Source: Eledone cirrhosa (Eukaryota). Taken from it: a DNA stretch of 64,000 nucleotides. The position numbers and the translations under genes are program-made. Location of the stretch: contig OZ024755.1 of the NCBI GenBank assembly GCA_964016885.1, positions 3,100,001 to 3,164,000 of the forward strand, written 5' to 3'. Within the stretch, counting starts at the first letter, position 1; each line of letters starts with the position of its first letter. The notes under the pieces are model-generated. The model did no database searches. It saw nothing but the letters and a program-made list of their open reading frames with translations, and was not told the DNA's origin. Of this stretch, positions 27,482 to 46,742 are shown piece by piece.

Positions 27482-27662
27482 AATGCTTATCTATATGTAC
27501 GATATCTTCTTTTGGGGTTTTTTGGGGGTCTGTGGATGTGTAATTGTCACTGAAGATGGATAAAAACCCTGAAACCTTAGTATTTGGCGTTCTCGTCTTT
27601 GATCACAGCTCAAAATACCCACAGAGCGACTTGTTACATACGTGAGGTTTATATGGTATAGT

Positions 27663-27882
27663 AATGATTTCTAGTCTAGGCACAAGGCCAGAAATTTTGG
27701 GCGGAGAGGAATGTCGATTAAATTGACCCCAGTGTATCACTGGGACTTTATTTTATCTACCTCGTAAAGATGAAAGGCAAAGTTAACCTCTGCGGGATTT
27801 GAACTCAGACCGTAAAGGGCCATAATTCTATGCTGCAAAGCATGGTGTCCGACTCTCTACCGAAACTGACACCCACAGCCCT
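27663..27882 (-). mobile_element. Group A SINE, full length
   Basis: Reverse complement of tail, core, B-box and head. Confidence 0.9.
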
Positions 27883-28668
27883 ATATGGTATAATAATAGT
27901 TCCGTCTGCAAGCTAACAGCCTCATTAAGCCATGTTTTTTAAATGACCTTCGCCAACCTTTTGTCCTAGCGGTGACAGAAACAATCTTGAAAAAGGGAAG
28001 TAACCCTGAAGCAATACTGTCAATTGTTTCTCAGGTGGTGGTGGTGGTGGTGTGTAGGTGATGGTGGTAGTGGTGGTGTGTAGATGATGATGATGGTAGT
28101 CGTGTAAGTGGTGGCAATGGTGTAGGTGGTGGTGATGGTGGTGTGTAGAGGATGGTGGTGGTGGTGACAATGGTGTAGATGATGATGATGATGGTGGTAG
28201 TGTAGGTGATGATGGTGGTGTATATGATGGTGGTGGTGGTGGCGGCGGCGGCATTGGTGTTTCTTTTTTGATGTTAACTTCCGTTTGTTTTCTTAACAAT
28301 TTCACGAAGTACAGATGTGAGGGGGGGGGTGCAGGGTCGGATGTCTGTATAACAGGATGGATGGAGGAAGAGGGGTGGGGTGGCTTGTGGCTAGTAAGGA
28401 TGATATCAGGAGATATTAACCCTGAGAAGGATGTGGGGAGAGGATTTGATAGTAGATGTATCAAATACTCAAAACACGCACACACATATATATATATGTA
28501 TATATATATATATGTATGTATACATTATATACACACATATGCGTTTCTGTGTATGCATATGGATATGTACATACATACATACATACATACATACATACAT
28601 ACATACATACATACATACATACATACATACATAGGTGTGTATCTCTGTGGATGCATGTATATGTATGG

Positions 28669-28699
<31 letters not shown>

Positions 28700-28703
28700 A
28701 TGT

Positions 28704-28914
28704 AAAAGGTAAACAGAAATAACAACACAAACGGTCCAGTATATGGAAGGGATATATTAAGTTAACGATTGATATAGCAGGAAGAGGGTCTTAACGTTTC
28801 GGACGCTAGTCATTCATCAGAAGAATGTGAAATAAGATAGATTGAGGGGACGGGTGGGTTGGAATTGGAAAAAATGTCTTTAGATAAAAATAACAGGTCC
28901 ATTCATGTTGACAT
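28704..28914 (-). mobile_element. Penelope-like pLTR fragment with hammerhead-like motif at 28789-28824
   Basis: Minus strand UCUU-CUGAUGA-AU-GAC-UAGC-GUC-C-GAAAC-GUU-AAGA; ~210 bp shared with 48878-49093. Confidence 0.7.
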
Positions 28915-28924
28915 ATATATATAT

Positions 28925-29345
28925 TTCTATTTATTTGCCACCAGGGCATCAAAGATGGGGACAAATACAAAGGGGGGAGTTTACATACATTTCAAAAGAC
29001 GTGTAAAAAAACATATAACAAATTAAATTTAACAATCGAAGTCCTCAATAATTGACCCCAGTGTATCACTGGGGCTTTATTTTATCTACCTCTTAAAGAT
29101 GAAAGGCAAAGTTGACCGTAAAGAGCCATAACTCTACGACATGGGTCGCACCCCCCCCCCCCCCGAACAAATGTGCAACCCTCCTCTTCGGGAGCACAAA
29201 GAGCGGGTGCTCCCTTCCTCTCCTCCTTCTTCCCCTCTCTCACCTACAGGCTGATATAGAGAGAAGGCCCATTCACTCGGGCCATTCTCGCCACTTTCAC
29301 CCACCTTTCATAAAACTTCCTGGGGTAGAGCACCTCTCTCTCCAT
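28925..29345 (-). mobile_element. L1/Tx1-type LINE 3' end (ORF2 C-terminus and 3' UTR)
   Basis: Minus-strand peptide EREVLYPRKFYERWVKVARMARVNGPSLYISL* (stop at 29244-29246) has the F..RW pattern of Tx1-like ORF2 ends; UTR with AATAAA. Clade assignment is from memory. Confidence 0.6.
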
Positions 29346-29920
29346 TCTGTGACATATAGATAGATAGATAGATAGATAGATAGATTGAACGAGGAGGGGG
29401 TTAAAAGTGAGAGGTGGGTTTAAAATGAGAGAGAGAAAGAAAGATAGTAGAGACAGTGTGAGAGAGGAGAAGGAGGAGACATAGAAGAGACGATGCCAGC
29501 AAGCCAGCCACCCCATTGCACATTTCTCTACTAATTAACAGAACCGAAGTCAAGGTATCACTTTGAAGTAGGATCTCTTTAATTTTCACAGTATTCCTAA
29601 GAGGTGATGGTTCTCTCAGTTGGAATACAGACGAGGGTCTCTCTCTCTCTCTCTCCATCTCTCTCTCTTTCTCTCTCTCTCTTTCTCTTTCTCTTTCTCT
29701 CTCTCTATCTCTCTCTCTCCCACTCTCTCTCTGTCTCTCCCTCTCTCTCTCTCTCTCTCCCCCTCTCTCCACAGGCCCGCGCTTAAAAACATACATGCAC
29801 TCATGCACACAACACACTAACACACATATATATATATATGTATATATATATGGTTTCTGTATTCCTCTTTTACTGCCTGTCTGGATGTATCTATGTGTTC
29901 CTCTCTCTCATATATCACAC

Positions 29921-29956
<36 letters not shown>

Positions 29957-30064
29957 GCGCGCGCATTTATTTTGCAAGATTCGAATGTTGAAACCGATAT
30001 TGTTGTATTTGGGGATGGTCATGGTGTGTTTTTTATTGGCAATACTAGCAACATGGCCGTCACT

Positions 30065-30098
<34 letters not shown>

Positions 30099-30103
30099 AA
30101 TGG

Positions 30104-30150
30104 CTTCTACAGGACTAGAACTGTTTCAGTCGAAGGAAATCATCAGGAAA
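30104..30150 (-). ncRNA. Type I hammerhead-like motif, U-U variant
   Basis: Minus strand UUUC-CUGAUGA-U-UUC-CUUC-GAC-U-GAA-ACAG-UUCUAGUC-CUGU-A-GAAG; the 3' half recurs at 57375-57401 with GAA restoring helix II. Confidence 0.55.
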
Positions 30151-30702
30151 AAGCTATATATATATATAGATAGATAGACACACACAGAATGTTCCCTTCT
30201 TTGTATCTCTGTCTCTTTCACTTTCTGTCTCTCTTCCTCTCTCATTGAGACACACACATAAATATATATTACGTGTGTGTGTGTGCGCACACACACACAC
30301 ACACACACCGTTATGTTTCGTTTTTATGTGTTTGTGTATATGAATCTGCATAAATGCTTCCAGTATTTCGCAATTTTTTCCGTCTCTCTCTCTCTCTCTC
30401 TCTTTGCCCCCCTCTCCCCTCTCTTACTCTGTATCCACATTACGACACCATCGCCCCCTACCGACCACGACTCACCCACCATTCACCACTTCCCGCCAAA
30501 ATACGTTCAGGTCTGCTTCCTGATTCAGCTGCAGCGGCTGCTTCTAAAGATGGAGTTGTTGTTGTTGTTGTTGTTGGTAGTATTGTTGTCGTTGGGGGGG
30601 GGGGGGGGTGATGAAGGGGACGATGACAGTCATCGGGTACTGGGAGTGATGACAATCATGGTGATGGTGACGACAGAGATGGTGATGACAATGATGGTGG
30701 TG

Positions 30703-30922
30703 ATAATGGTGGTGGTAGTAGTTATGATATTGGTGGTGGTAGTAGTTATGATATTGGTGGTGGTAGTAGTTATGATAATGGTGGTGGTAGTAGTTATGAT
30801 AATGGTGGTGGTAGTAGTTATGATATTGGTGGTGGTAGTAGTTATGATATTGGTGGTGGTAGTAGTTATGATAATGGTGGTGGTAGTAGTTATGATATTG
30901 GTGGTGGTAGTAGTTATGATAA
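30703..30922. repeat. 24-bp minisatellite, ~9 copies
   Basis: Unit GTTATGATA(T/A)TGGTGGTGGTAGTA. Confidence 0.93.
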
Positions 30923-30989
30923 CGGTATTTATTTGCATTTATTTACATATATACATATATATATATATATGTATATATGTATACATATG

Positions 30990-31088
30990 CAAGGTGTACC
31001 CAAAAAATGTATACACACTTTGATTACCTGAACAGGGAATATTTATTAGAATGCTGTTGAAGTGTGTATACAATTTTGGGACACACTG
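30990..31088. mobile_element. Tc1/mariner-type MITE, diverged
   Basis: Shares TIR-like ends and ATATTTATTAGA.(T/C)GCTGTTG interior with 27298-27375. Confidence 0.65.
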
Positions 31089-31118
31089 TATGTATGTATA
31101 TACATGTGTGTGTGTGTA

Positions 31119-31153
<35 letters not shown>

Positions 31154-31180
31154 AGCCAGGGAGTGTAACGCTGAGTTACA

Positions 31181-31299
<119 letters not shown>

Positions 31300-31726
31300 T
31301 CTGAACATAAAGTAATCTAGTTGCCATTGTCACCACCAAATACACGAAATTTACATGGAAAGTGGAATAGGAAATGAATCTATGACAAATTAGGATAATT
31401 TATGGAGGCCATGTTGTTGTTGCTGTTGTTTGACCCTGTGTGAACCCCTTGTGTGAACCCCTTGCCCAGCAGAATTATGGTCGTAGAAGATGTTTCGGTC
31501 TTTTCACTCTTCTTGTATTAATTTTCAAAGCTGTCATGTCAGTGATTTGTAATGTGATTTGACTGCTGGTGTTAGCAGGTCAAATGACACCATAAACGAC
31601 TCTACGACAAAACACCTCACTCTAAAAACTCTGCTGACTCTATAAACATTGGCCTGTCCTTATCCGGGTCTCCTACTGCGATGTTTGAGGTCCCACCATC
31701 GACACCTCTTTCTCTTTTATAAACCT

Positions 31727-32064
31727 TCTTTTTTTTTTTTTTCTTCTTCTTTTTCTTTTTCTTTTTCTTTTTCTTTTTCTTTTTCTTTTTCTTTTTCTTT
31801 TTCTTTTTCTTTTTCTTTTTCTTTTTCTTCTTCTTTCTTTTTCTATTTTCTTCTTTTTTTCTTTTTCTATTTTCTTTTTCTATTTTCTTTTTCTATTTTC
31901 TTTTTCTATTTTCTTTTTCTATTTTCTTTTCTTTTCTTTTTTTCTTTACTTTTTTTCTTTACTTTTCCTTTTTTCTTTACTTTTCCTTTTTTCTTTACTT
32001 TTCCTTTTTTCTTTACTTTTCCTTTTTTCTTTACTTTTCCTTTTTCTTTTTTTCTTTTTCTTCC
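31727..32064. repeat. Polypyrimidine low-complexity tract
   Basis: (TTTTTC)n then CTTTACTTTTCCTTTTTT units. Confidence 0.95.
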
Positions 32065-33047
32065 TATGCAGTATCAGACAAGAATAAATCTCCATTCCAC
32101 AGAATCTGAAGAAGCTGACCCAGACCTGGTCCATGTCTGCCTGGTTTCCTTGCTCCACAGATATGGATTCTGGGTTTCACCCTCCATTAATGTTAACACT
32201 TCTAGTAACACTGAACAGTTTCACGAGTCCTTACCTCGATCTCGTTCAGTTCTCGCTATAACGACCAGTTCTAGGTATATATATATATATATACACACAC
32301 ATACATATATACACATACACACACACACACACACATATATTTACAGACATATATGCACACATAGTTACAGATATATATTCACACAGATATATATACACAT
32401 ACACAGACTCACACATACACACACGCATATATATATATATATATATATAATATATAGAGACAGACATTTATTGCCGCCGATGTCTGCTAGAATGCACTGA
32501 GTCATCAATAGCAGATCAATGCGAAATCTGAAAGTCTTTTGATTCCAACGTGATTCAATGGTTGGTCAGAATATAAAGAGAAAGTCTATGACGATACTAA
32601 AACACACAGTACTGTGAATATAACCCTGCATCTTTATTAGTTATTTATCGTAATTATTGCTTCGCTAGATTTAGTTTTATTGCACACACAACTGCTGCTT
32701 GCTCTGGTCATTCAGTACTTTCACTGTGTAGGACTATTGTATTGAAAATACCATTCTATGTACTTATGTGTTCAGTGTGTCTAGTAACGTTATGTTCTAT
32801 TATCAAAAGTCAGTCTGTCCCAGCTTCCAGCTCTTCACTTCTTACTCAGTTCTATGAAATATTTATCTTCATTTCATCCATTTTAACACTCTTTGGCTTT
32901 CCTTCTTTTTTCTTGTTTTTTTACTTGTTTTTTTTCTTTTCTCTTGGTTTTTTTTCTTGTTTTTTTTCTTGTTTTTTTTTTCTTATTAGTCACGTAGAAA
33001 TTTTTTTTGTTTTGTTTTTGGTCATCGATTTAGCAGTCTCCATTGGT

Positions 33048-33176
33048 GGAGGTGCGTGGCCTAGTGGGAAGGGCGTTGGACTTATGACCATAACGTCATA
33101 GGTTCGATTCTTGGACTAGGTTGTGTGTTGTGTTCTTGAGCAAAACACTACATTTCACATTGCTCCAGTATACTCA
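33048..33176 (+). mobile_element. Group B (CORE-like) tRNA-headed SINE, 5' half
   Basis: A-box TGGCCTAGTGG, B-box GGTTCGATTC, then TGTGTTCTTGAGCAAAACACT resembling the CORE domain. Confidence 0.8.
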
Positions 33177-33268
33177 TCATCATCAAATTAAACTCCGCCA
33201 TCTTGAAAAATGTTGAATTACATATTGTATAATATGGTCATAAATACAGTGTCTAAATTATCATTATC

Positions 33269-33625
33269 CGGTAGAGCGTCGGACACGATGCTTTGCAGCA
33301 TAGTTACGGCTCTTAACAGTCTGAGTTCAAATCCCGCCGGGGTCAATAAGTACCAGTAATACACTGGGGTCAATTTAATCAACTTTACCCTCCCCTTAAT
33401 ATTGCTGGCCTTGTGCCTATAGTAGAAATCATTATTATCATTATTATTTCAAGGGCGGTGGATTGGCAGTATCGGTAGAGGGTCGGAAGCCATGCTTTGC
33501 AGCATAGAGTTACGGCCCTTTATGATCTAAGTTCAAATTTCGCCGACGTTAACTTTGCCTTTCATCCTTACGGGGTCGATAAAATAAAGTACCAGTAATG
33601 TACTGGGTAATTGCTTGCCTTGTTT
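33269..33625 (+). mobile_element. Two tandem group A SINEs
   Basis: 33269-33440 (internal deletion) and 33453-33625. Confidence 0.88.
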
Positions 33626-34325
33626 CAAAACTTTCAATATAAAACTAATGAAGCTAACTTTGGTTTTGCTGTTGATTTAAGTAGATTTGAACCCAATGAA
33701 CTTATGTCTTTAATAAATCCTTACATATTGCTGTTTGATACAGGCTTTAGAATATTTCATTATGCTGTAATATATACACGTTGTTGATCTCTATATGTAT
33801 TGTTGGCCAGTATAATATATATTGTTGTAGTTTATGTGTTTTGGGTCTGATCAATGAAACTACTTTTTATTGTATGATTCTAGGTTCAATCAATTACTCT
33901 TCTGTGATTTACAGCCTCCATCAACGTTTATCCTATGATTGCCACCACCAGCTCCACCACCTCCTCCTCCTCTATGGATAAGTATCTATTTATTTATTTA
34001 TTTATTTATCTCATTGTTTGTTTCTTTATTCTATTATGTCTGACCAACCTTTGCTACCTTTATTTCTGTATTTACTTACTTAATTATATATTTATATATG
34101 CATCTATTGCCGTAAATCAATCGACCAACTTACATTCCTTTGCTTTTTTTTTTTTTTTTTTTGGCTTGTCTATTTCCTGTCAGTTTTTTTCCTCCCCTAA
34201 ATCAATGTCGTCCGTTTTTTTCTTGAAATATTTAACATTCCATACGCCATTTTGGTTTTTATTATTCACAGTTTCGTGTATTTGTTTCTTTTTTCTTTTG
34301 TTTATTTCTTCTTGATTGCACGATT

Positions 34326-37145
<2,820 letters not shown>

Positions 37146-37148
37146 TAT

Positions 37149-37757
37149 GTCAGGTCACCAGTTGGTGCTACTGGTAACATGTATCCCAGTACAACCTGTC
37201 CCATGGTCGGGTCGTTGGCGACTAAACTGGCAACCCCACCAAGGTTTCTTGGTGAGGAGGGTGACTTTGGACATCCTGCAGGACTAAAAACAAAACCTGT
37301 CAAAGGGAAAAGGAGCTCTTAAGAGTCAATGGCCATCCAAAATCACCGGGAGGGATGACCCCTTAGCCTTTGTCAAGGCAGAATTCTAGGAGAAGGAAAA
37401 CTCTGATATAACACCTGCAACCCTGATGGTATCCAATGATGTTGACTTGTTCTTCTTTTTGGTAAATATCATCTTGGTTAAGAGAGTGGGACTGGCTTTG
37501 TGCAGTGCCTTTGCTCACTATAAAAGCTTCACGGCACAGGCATTGCTTTATATCTGGAGATCTCTCTGCACTTGTCGTCACATGGTACCATGGGCCCAGC
37601 ACTATGTGTCAGTAATTGTCACAAGTGTAGTGTTTGTACCAGAGTTTTCAAGTCGCTGGCTGGACTAAAAAGTCACACTCGTTCAGCGCATCGGTAGGGG
37701 TTCTCCTACATGGATATAAAGTAGTGGCCGTACTCGAAAACGAGTTGGCAGCCACCA
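37149..37757 (+). mobile_element. Non-autonomous RTE-derived retroelement, copy 1
   Basis: RTE-type leader motif AGGAGAAGGAAAACTCTGA; 37620-37697 encodes [25 protein letters not shown] (C2H2 finger as at RTE ORF ends); flanked by (TA)n. Confidence 0.8.
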
Positions 37758-37987
37758 TATATATATAGGTATATGTATGTATATATATATATATATAGGT
37801 ATATGTATGTATATATATATATATATAGGTATATGTATATATATATATGTATGTATATATATATGTATGTATGTATATATGTATGTATGTATGTATATAT
37901 ATATATATATATATATATAGGTATATGTATGTATATATATATATGTATGTATATATATATATATGTATGTATATATATATATGTATG

Positions 37988-38054
<67 letters not shown>

Positions 38055-38204
38055 GTATATATATGTATGTATGTATGTATATATATGTTATATATTTACC
38101 TGCTGTATGGGATATTTTATTTGAACTGGGGTGTTAAAGCAAAGACAGTTGCACCGTGTCAGACTTAGTCATACTGTCAAATTGTGGTGAGGAGGGGGCG
38201 GGCT

Positions 38205-38388
38205 CCTCCGTCGGTTCCTACGATGATTATTCCAGTTGATTCTATCAATGGAACAGCCCTTACTCGTGAAATTAAACCACATGTAGCTGAGCATTCCGCA
38301 AGATACGTCTACTCTACACGAAGTTCTCAGGGAGATCCAGTCTGACACAGTGTGTGACAAGACTAGCTCTTTGAATTACATCTATGAC
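38205..38388 (-). mobile_element. Group B SINE 3' half
   Basis: Reverse-complement match to ~62005-62172. Confidence 0.75.
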
Positions 38389-38917
38389 TCCAGAATGTCA
38401 TACTCATTATCTGTATATTAATGAACCAGTGCCTTTATTAATGGCGGCAATAGCGTTGACTGTATTACATGTTTAATGTCCAGGATTGGTGTGTATATAG
38501 AGGGAGATAGACAGACAGATAGATAGACAGACAGATAGTCACACAGTCACACAGTCACACAGAGAGACGGACGGACGGAAAGACAGCTGAGCAGAGTGGC
38601 CGACGTGGAGGCAGACAGATAGACACACAATTACTCACACAGACAGGTAAACAGACAGACAGGTAAACAGACAGGTAAACAGACAGACATGGTGGCAGTG
38701 TTAAGTAAGATAAGATATTCAGCTTCCAGAAAATTCCTGTAAAATATGTTCAACCAATTCTAACTTATAGGTTTCACATCATTCCCCACCTCCACCTCCA
38801 CCCTTCTCCACCATTCCCACCCCCACCCCCCACTTCTCCACAATCCCTTCTCCACCCCCACTTCTCCACAACCCCTCATGAGCTCCGTCACTGCAGCCCT
38901 AACATTTCCAACATCAC

Positions 38918-39560
38918 ACCACCAACAACACCACCAACACCAACACCACCAACATCACACTACCTACACCACCAACACCATCACCAACACCATCACCACC
39001 ACCACCACCCAACACCATCACCACCACCACCACCCAACACCACCACCACCACCACCACCCAACACCACCACCAACACCACCATCCAACACCACCAACATC
39101 ACACTACCACCACCGCCAACACCATCACCACCACCACCCAACACCACCACTTAACACCACCACTCAACAACACCACCTCATTCACCACCCAACACCACCA
39201 CCCTCCACCACCACCCAACACCACCACCCTCCACCACCACCCAACACCACCACCCTCCACCCTCCACCACCCTCCACCACCACCCTCCACCACCATCCAC
39301 CACCATCCACCACCAACATCACACTACCGCCAGCACCACCACCACCACCCTCCACCACCACCCTCCACCACCACCCTCCACCAACATCACACTACCGCCA
39401 GCACCACCACCACCACCCTCCACCACCACCCTCCACCACCACCCTCCACCACCACCCTCCACCACCACCCTCCACCACCACCCTCCACCACCATCCACCA
39501 CCAACATCACACTACCGCCAGCACCACCACCACCACCGCCCTCCACCACCGCCGCCACCA
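38918..39560. repeat. (CCA)n-based minisatellite
   Basis: Recurrent CCAACATCACACTACC anchor. Confidence 0.93.
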
Positions 39561-39781
39561 TACACTGATATCCCCCACCACCCCGACCACCCCCTGTTCT
39601 ATCCAATCGTTCAGGAAACGGTTATCATCACTCTACCCTCATCACTTTCCAACAGATTCGCTCTCTCCTATTTCTCAGTCTCCAACATATACATGCATAC
39701 ACACACATATATACACACATATATATATATGTGTGTATATATATACATGTATACATGTGTATGTCTATATATGTGTGCGTC

Positions 39782-39831
<50 letters not shown>

Positions 39832-39901
39832 GGCATTCTCCGAAATGGTTAACTAAACACATGTGTGTGTGTGTATGTCTCTATATATATGTGTGTGCGT
39901 C

Positions 39902-39944
<43 letters not shown>

Positions 39945-39990
39945 ATATATATATATATAGGCATTCTCCGAAATGGTTAACTAAACACAT

Positions 39991-40034
<44 letters not shown>

Positions 40035-40108
40035 GACATTCTCCGAAATGGTTAACTAAACACGTGTGTGTGTATGTCTCTATATATATATATGTGTGTG
40101 CGTCTATA

Positions 40109-40145
<37 letters not shown>

Positions 40146-40415
40146 ATATATATATAGGCATTCTCCGAAATGGTTAACTAAACACGTGTGTGTGTATGTC
40201 TCTATATATATATATGTGTGTGTGTGTCTATATATGTGTGTGTGTGTGTATATATATATAGCCATTCTCCGAAATGGTTAACTAAACACATGTGTGTGTG
40301 TATGTCTCTCTCTATATATATATATGTGTGTCTATATATATATATGTGTGTGTATATATATATATATGTGTGTGTATATATATAGACATTCTCCGAAATA
40401 GTTAACTAAACACGT
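39832..40415. repeat. Six copies of a 27-bp constant block separated by variable microsatellite
   Basis: CATTCTCCGAAATGGTTAACTAAACAC near 39834, 39962, 40037, 40159, 40263 and 40387 (last has one mismatch). Confidence 0.93.
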
Positions 40416-40494
40416 GTGCTTTCTCTCAAAACACGTTCAGTTACAAGCTCTTCTCACGCTCGTCTATCTATTTCTTCTTATATTTCTCCTTCTA

Positions 40495-40620
40495 TTATCT
40501 GATGAAAGACTTATGTCCAAAACGTAAAGATTCTTTTCCTACTATATCAAGAGTTAAACCAATATATATCTTCATTGTACTGTATCGTTTTCCTGTGTTA
40601 ATTATCTGGTTATTTTTGCG
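40495..40620 (+). mobile_element. Penelope-like fragment with decayed hammerhead
   Basis: CUGAUGA-AAGAC-UUAU-GUCC-AAAAC-GUA (G12 lost); related to 24745-24880. Confidence 0.6.
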
Positions 40621-40637
40621 CACACACACACACACAT

Positions 40638-40689
<52 letters not shown>

Positions 40690-40756
40690 TGTAAATATAT
40701 GTATATATACACGAATACATATATTTATATATCCCCTTATGTGTTTATATATTCAT

Positions 40757-40791
<35 letters not shown>

Positions 40792-40843
40792 TATATATAT
40801 ACATACACGTATGTATATATATATATATATATATATACACACG

Positions 40844-40879
<36 letters not shown>

Positions 40880-41533
40880 CATACATACAGGGTGTCCCCA
40901 AAAGATGTATACATACTTCCACAGCATTATAATAAAAGTGTGTATACACATATACACATATATATATATATGTATATATGTATATACACAAAAGCGTATA
41001 CACGTCTATAGGGAAATCGAGAGAGGGGGTGGGGAAAATAGAGCGCGTGGGGCAGGGAGACTGGGAGATGTATCTTAGCCGACAACATATCTATTGACAA
41101 GCAAATACTCGGGCAAGAATTAAGTTATTCTAAACATTACTAAGATAATGTTGGCAATTTACTCTCATCACAATTCTTGAAATTGCCACAAGTCTGACTA
41201 TAATTCCTTTGTTACTAGAGCTCTCTAAACACGTGACTGCCATCACGTGCCGTCCGCCATTAACGTAACATTCTTGACAAAAATGAATTATCGCACAGCC
41301 GGCCATGGAACTTGCAACAGTTGTGTGTGTCTGTGGCGTTTGTTTGTATATATAAATGCGTGTGTGCGTGTGTGTACATATATATATATATATATGTATG
41401 TATATATGTATATATGTGTGTGTGTGTGTATAAATATGTATAAATAAATATATAGATATAAATGTATATATATATATATATATATATATTATCGAGAATC
41501 GCATTTCGGCCCACGAAATAACGAAAAACAACC

Positions 41534-44558
<3,025 letters not shown>

Positions 44559-44971
44559 CTAGATACATTATATTCTAGATTCTTCAGTTCCGTTATATAT
44601 CCTCCACGAAGATATTATTGTCAAAGCTTTTAATTGATTTTTCATTATTTATTGAACACTGAGTAAAAAAAAAAATGGAGGAGAGAATTTACCTCACTTT
44701 AAATAAACTGATATGTGTTTTATGAAGCACTTTCTTATCTATTATCTATACACATATACACTCACATGAACGCATGGATATATATACACACGTGTGAGTG
44801 CGTATATATATATGTATATATGTGTGTGTGTTTGTATATGTTTAAAGACAGATAGTTATTCATATATATATATATATCTGTGTTTGTATATATACGTATA
44901 TATATATTTTTGTATATAAATAGATATTCATACATATGTGTGTTTGTATATGTTTTATAGATAGATTGTTA

Positions 44972-45458
<487 letters not shown>

Positions 45459-45870
45459 TATATTTTCTACCTGAACATATATTCTGTTCTTGTCGTTGAG
45501 ATTCCGTCGGTTCTAATGATGAGTGTTACAATTGGTTGACTAACGAGTCAGCCTGACATAGCTACCACTCTGCATTGAATTTACAGGTAGAACTTTGTGG
45601 AATTGAATGGGAAGTAAAGTCACTTGCTCAAGGGCATAATCCACTGTACTCGGTATCCAACATTGATATATATATATATATATTGACATATAAATAAACA
45701 TATGAAACAATCACAGGGGATAATTTGTAAAAGTGTGTAAGCACACATAGCTAGGTAGGTAACATAATTTCTAGTTGATATAAAATGCTCGGATCTATGG
45801 AGCATATTGTATGGGTGATATGGCGCATGTCTATCTGGCATGACACCCTTAATTTAATTTAATTTAATTT

Positions 45871-45917
<47 letters not shown>

Positions 45918-45919
<2 letters not shown>

Positions 45920-46060
45920 CGAAGACAGTGTGGTAAGGAACCAGGTAGACCATATCGCATCAAAGTACTCGATACTTTGGGTAGTAGAGTGGGCAATAGG
46001 AAAAGAGTCTAGTTGTCAAAACGGCCAGAGCTCAGCCGTCGGGGTCCTGACTCTTTTCCT
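45918..46060. mobile_element. Penelope-like pLTR relic with internal inversion
   Basis: First part matches 20183-20272; it switches strand at ~46010, giving TAGGAAAAGAGTC...GACTCTTTTCCTA. Confidence 0.7.
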
Positions 46061-46103
<43 letters not shown>

Positions 46104-46182
46104 CTCCTTCACTCCTGTCATTGGGAATATGGCGTTGAGTGCTAGAAGTGATTTGCATCCTTGTATACTGAACATATATATG

Positions 46183-46215
<33 letters not shown>

Positions 46216-46226
46216 GTATTTATATG

Positions 46227-46291
<65 letters not shown>

Positions 46292-46320
46292 GTATTTATA
46301 TGTATATATATATTTATATG

Positions 46321-46367
<47 letters not shown>

Positions 46368-46432
46368 GTATTTATATGTATATATATATGTATGTATGTA
46401 TATATATATATATGTATGTATATATATATATG

Positions 46433-46495
<63 letters not shown>

Positions 46496-46530
46496 GTATA
46501 TATATGTATATATATATATGTATATATATG

Positions 46531-46561
<31 letters not shown>

Positions 46562-46707
46562 GTATATATATATATGTATATATATAATGTTTGTGTATGC
46601 TTGCATATATATACATACATGCATGTATATATACACGCACACACATACATACATATATACATATTGATATATATAAATATATATATATATATATGTATGT
46701 CTGTAAT

Positions 46708-46742
<35 letters not shown>

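Noticed and set aside
33048-33120. tRNA gene
   Set aside because: A and B boxes are present, but no acceptor stem forms and it continues into SINE body.
37620-37697. Host C2H2 zinc-finger gene exon
   Set aside because: A single finger inside three dispersed retroelement copies, with no TGEKP linker.
39832-40415. CRISPR-like appearance
   Set aside because: Spacers are related microsatellites of unequal length, there are no cas genes, and the context is eukaryotic.
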